Source of the DNA: Thermoanaerobaculia bacterium
Lineage (GTDB): Bacteria; Acidobacteriota; Thermoanaerobaculia; Multivoradales; SZUA-115
Assembly (NCBI GenBank): GCA_044869805.1
Contig: JBIOXV010000172.1
Coordinates: 14,715-78,714, forward strand
Reading direction: 5' to 3'
DNA: 64,000 nucleotides
Part shown: piece by piece, positions 63,579 to 64,000 of the stretch
Position numbering within the stretch: the first letter of the stretch is position 1
How the letters are laid out: each line of letters begins with the position of its first letter
Notes under the pieces: generated by a model
Seen by the model: only the letters and a program-made list of their open reading frames with translations
The model's database searches: none
Told to the model about the DNA's origin: nothing
Made by a program: the position numbers and the translations under genes

Positions 63579-64000
63579 CTAGTGCGGCAAGGGCGGCTGG
63601 GCGGAGATCGAGCGGCCCTTGTGCTCGGCCAGCGGGCTGGCAAAGCCGGCGCAACCGTCGAGCTCGAGCAGGCGCTCGGTCTCGACGATGCGCGGGCGCT
63701 CGGCGAAGCCGTCGCCCGCTGGCACGCGCTCGAGATAGGTCTGTTTCAGACGCCGGTAGTTGGCGCGGCTCGAGAAATGGACTACCAGGCTCTTGCGCGT
63801 CAGTGCCGGCACCTCGGGCGTCGAGCCGCCATGGAGCAGCGAGTGGTGCCAGAGCAGGGCCTCGCCGCGCCGCGGCGTGAAGGGCACCACCGCGAGGTTC
63901 GCGCGCCGCATCTCGGCGCGGTCGAACTCCTCCATGGCGCGGATCTCGGCCTCGCCGTGGCGCTTGTGATCGAAGCGATGCTCGCCTGCCGCGAGCTGGT
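63579..64000 (-). CDS. Phytanoyl-CoA dioxygenase (PhyH) family protein, 5' end beyond the window
   Basis: The frame is open from 64000 (…EHRFDHKRHGEAEIRAMEEFD...). It contains LLWHHSLLHGGS (the distal His of the 2-His-1-carboxylate fold). The stop is at 63579. Confidence 0.75.
   Translation of the reverse strand, partial: QLAAGEHRFDHKRHGEAEIRAMEEFDRAEMRRANLAVVPFTPRRGEALLWHHSLLHGGSTPEVPALTRKSLVVHFSSRANYRRLKQTYLERVPAGDGFAERPRIVETERLLELDGCAGFASPLAEHKGRSISAQPPLPH

Noticed and set aside
1-64000. Search for tRNA, rRNA, CRISPR arrays, transposases, integrases or flanking direct repeats, including around the ECF/CHAT block at 52.8-61.2 kb
   Set aside because: I could recognise no such genes, no repeat-spacer periodicity and no terminal repeats by eye. 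The CHAT/ECF block shows no obvious compositional break. A computational repeat or GC-skew scan would be needed to be sure.

Overview
This is a very GC-rich 64-kb chromosomal segment (about 70% by eye, not computed), densely coding on both strands. I found no rRNA, tRNA, CRISPR array, transposase or integrase. All family calls come from motif recognition in the supplied translations; no database search was run. Two lineage-restricted families point to Acidobacteriota: an ADOP duplicated FtsX permease and an acidobacterial-type VWFA protein.

Gene order:
- pilMNOPQ, extended by three Ig-like/IPT/PKD lipoproteins (234-9250, minus strand).
- rpmB.
- A long minus-strand housekeeping run: rel, secDF, yajC, tgt, a LolA-like gene and an orphan type II thioesterase.
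- A plus-strand run: FYDLN zinc-ribbon gene, folK, LON-N gene and HD gene.
- An epimerase-FGE-sulfatase operon.
- An ABC exporter.
- An NADH-oxidoreductase::SelD fusion.
- The ADOP permease and yebC.
- A cluster of exported metallopeptidases.
- The island described below (38.0-52.8 kb).
- An operon of ECF sigma, anti-sigma, exported CHAT-TPR caspase-like protease, outer-membrane barrel and VWA protein, placed back-to-back with a second ECF module.
- malQ, a DUF937 gene and a truncated PhyH-like gene.

The best candidate for an undescribed system is the 38.0-52.8 kb island. It holds four ATP-grasp ligases, three of them ~406-aa paralogs. It also holds a peptidase-E/cyanophycinase-like (S51) protein, a Fes-like esterase and an exported M1-like metalloprotease lacking GXMEN. 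These genes are interleaved with, and in one case translationally coupled to, the glycogen genes (GH57/DUF3536, glgC, glgA). I read this as a possible ATP-dependent peptide or amino-acid-conjugate synthesis and turnover pathway tied to glucan storage. Many long ORFs in the track are GC-driven shadow or read-through frames and were rejected.
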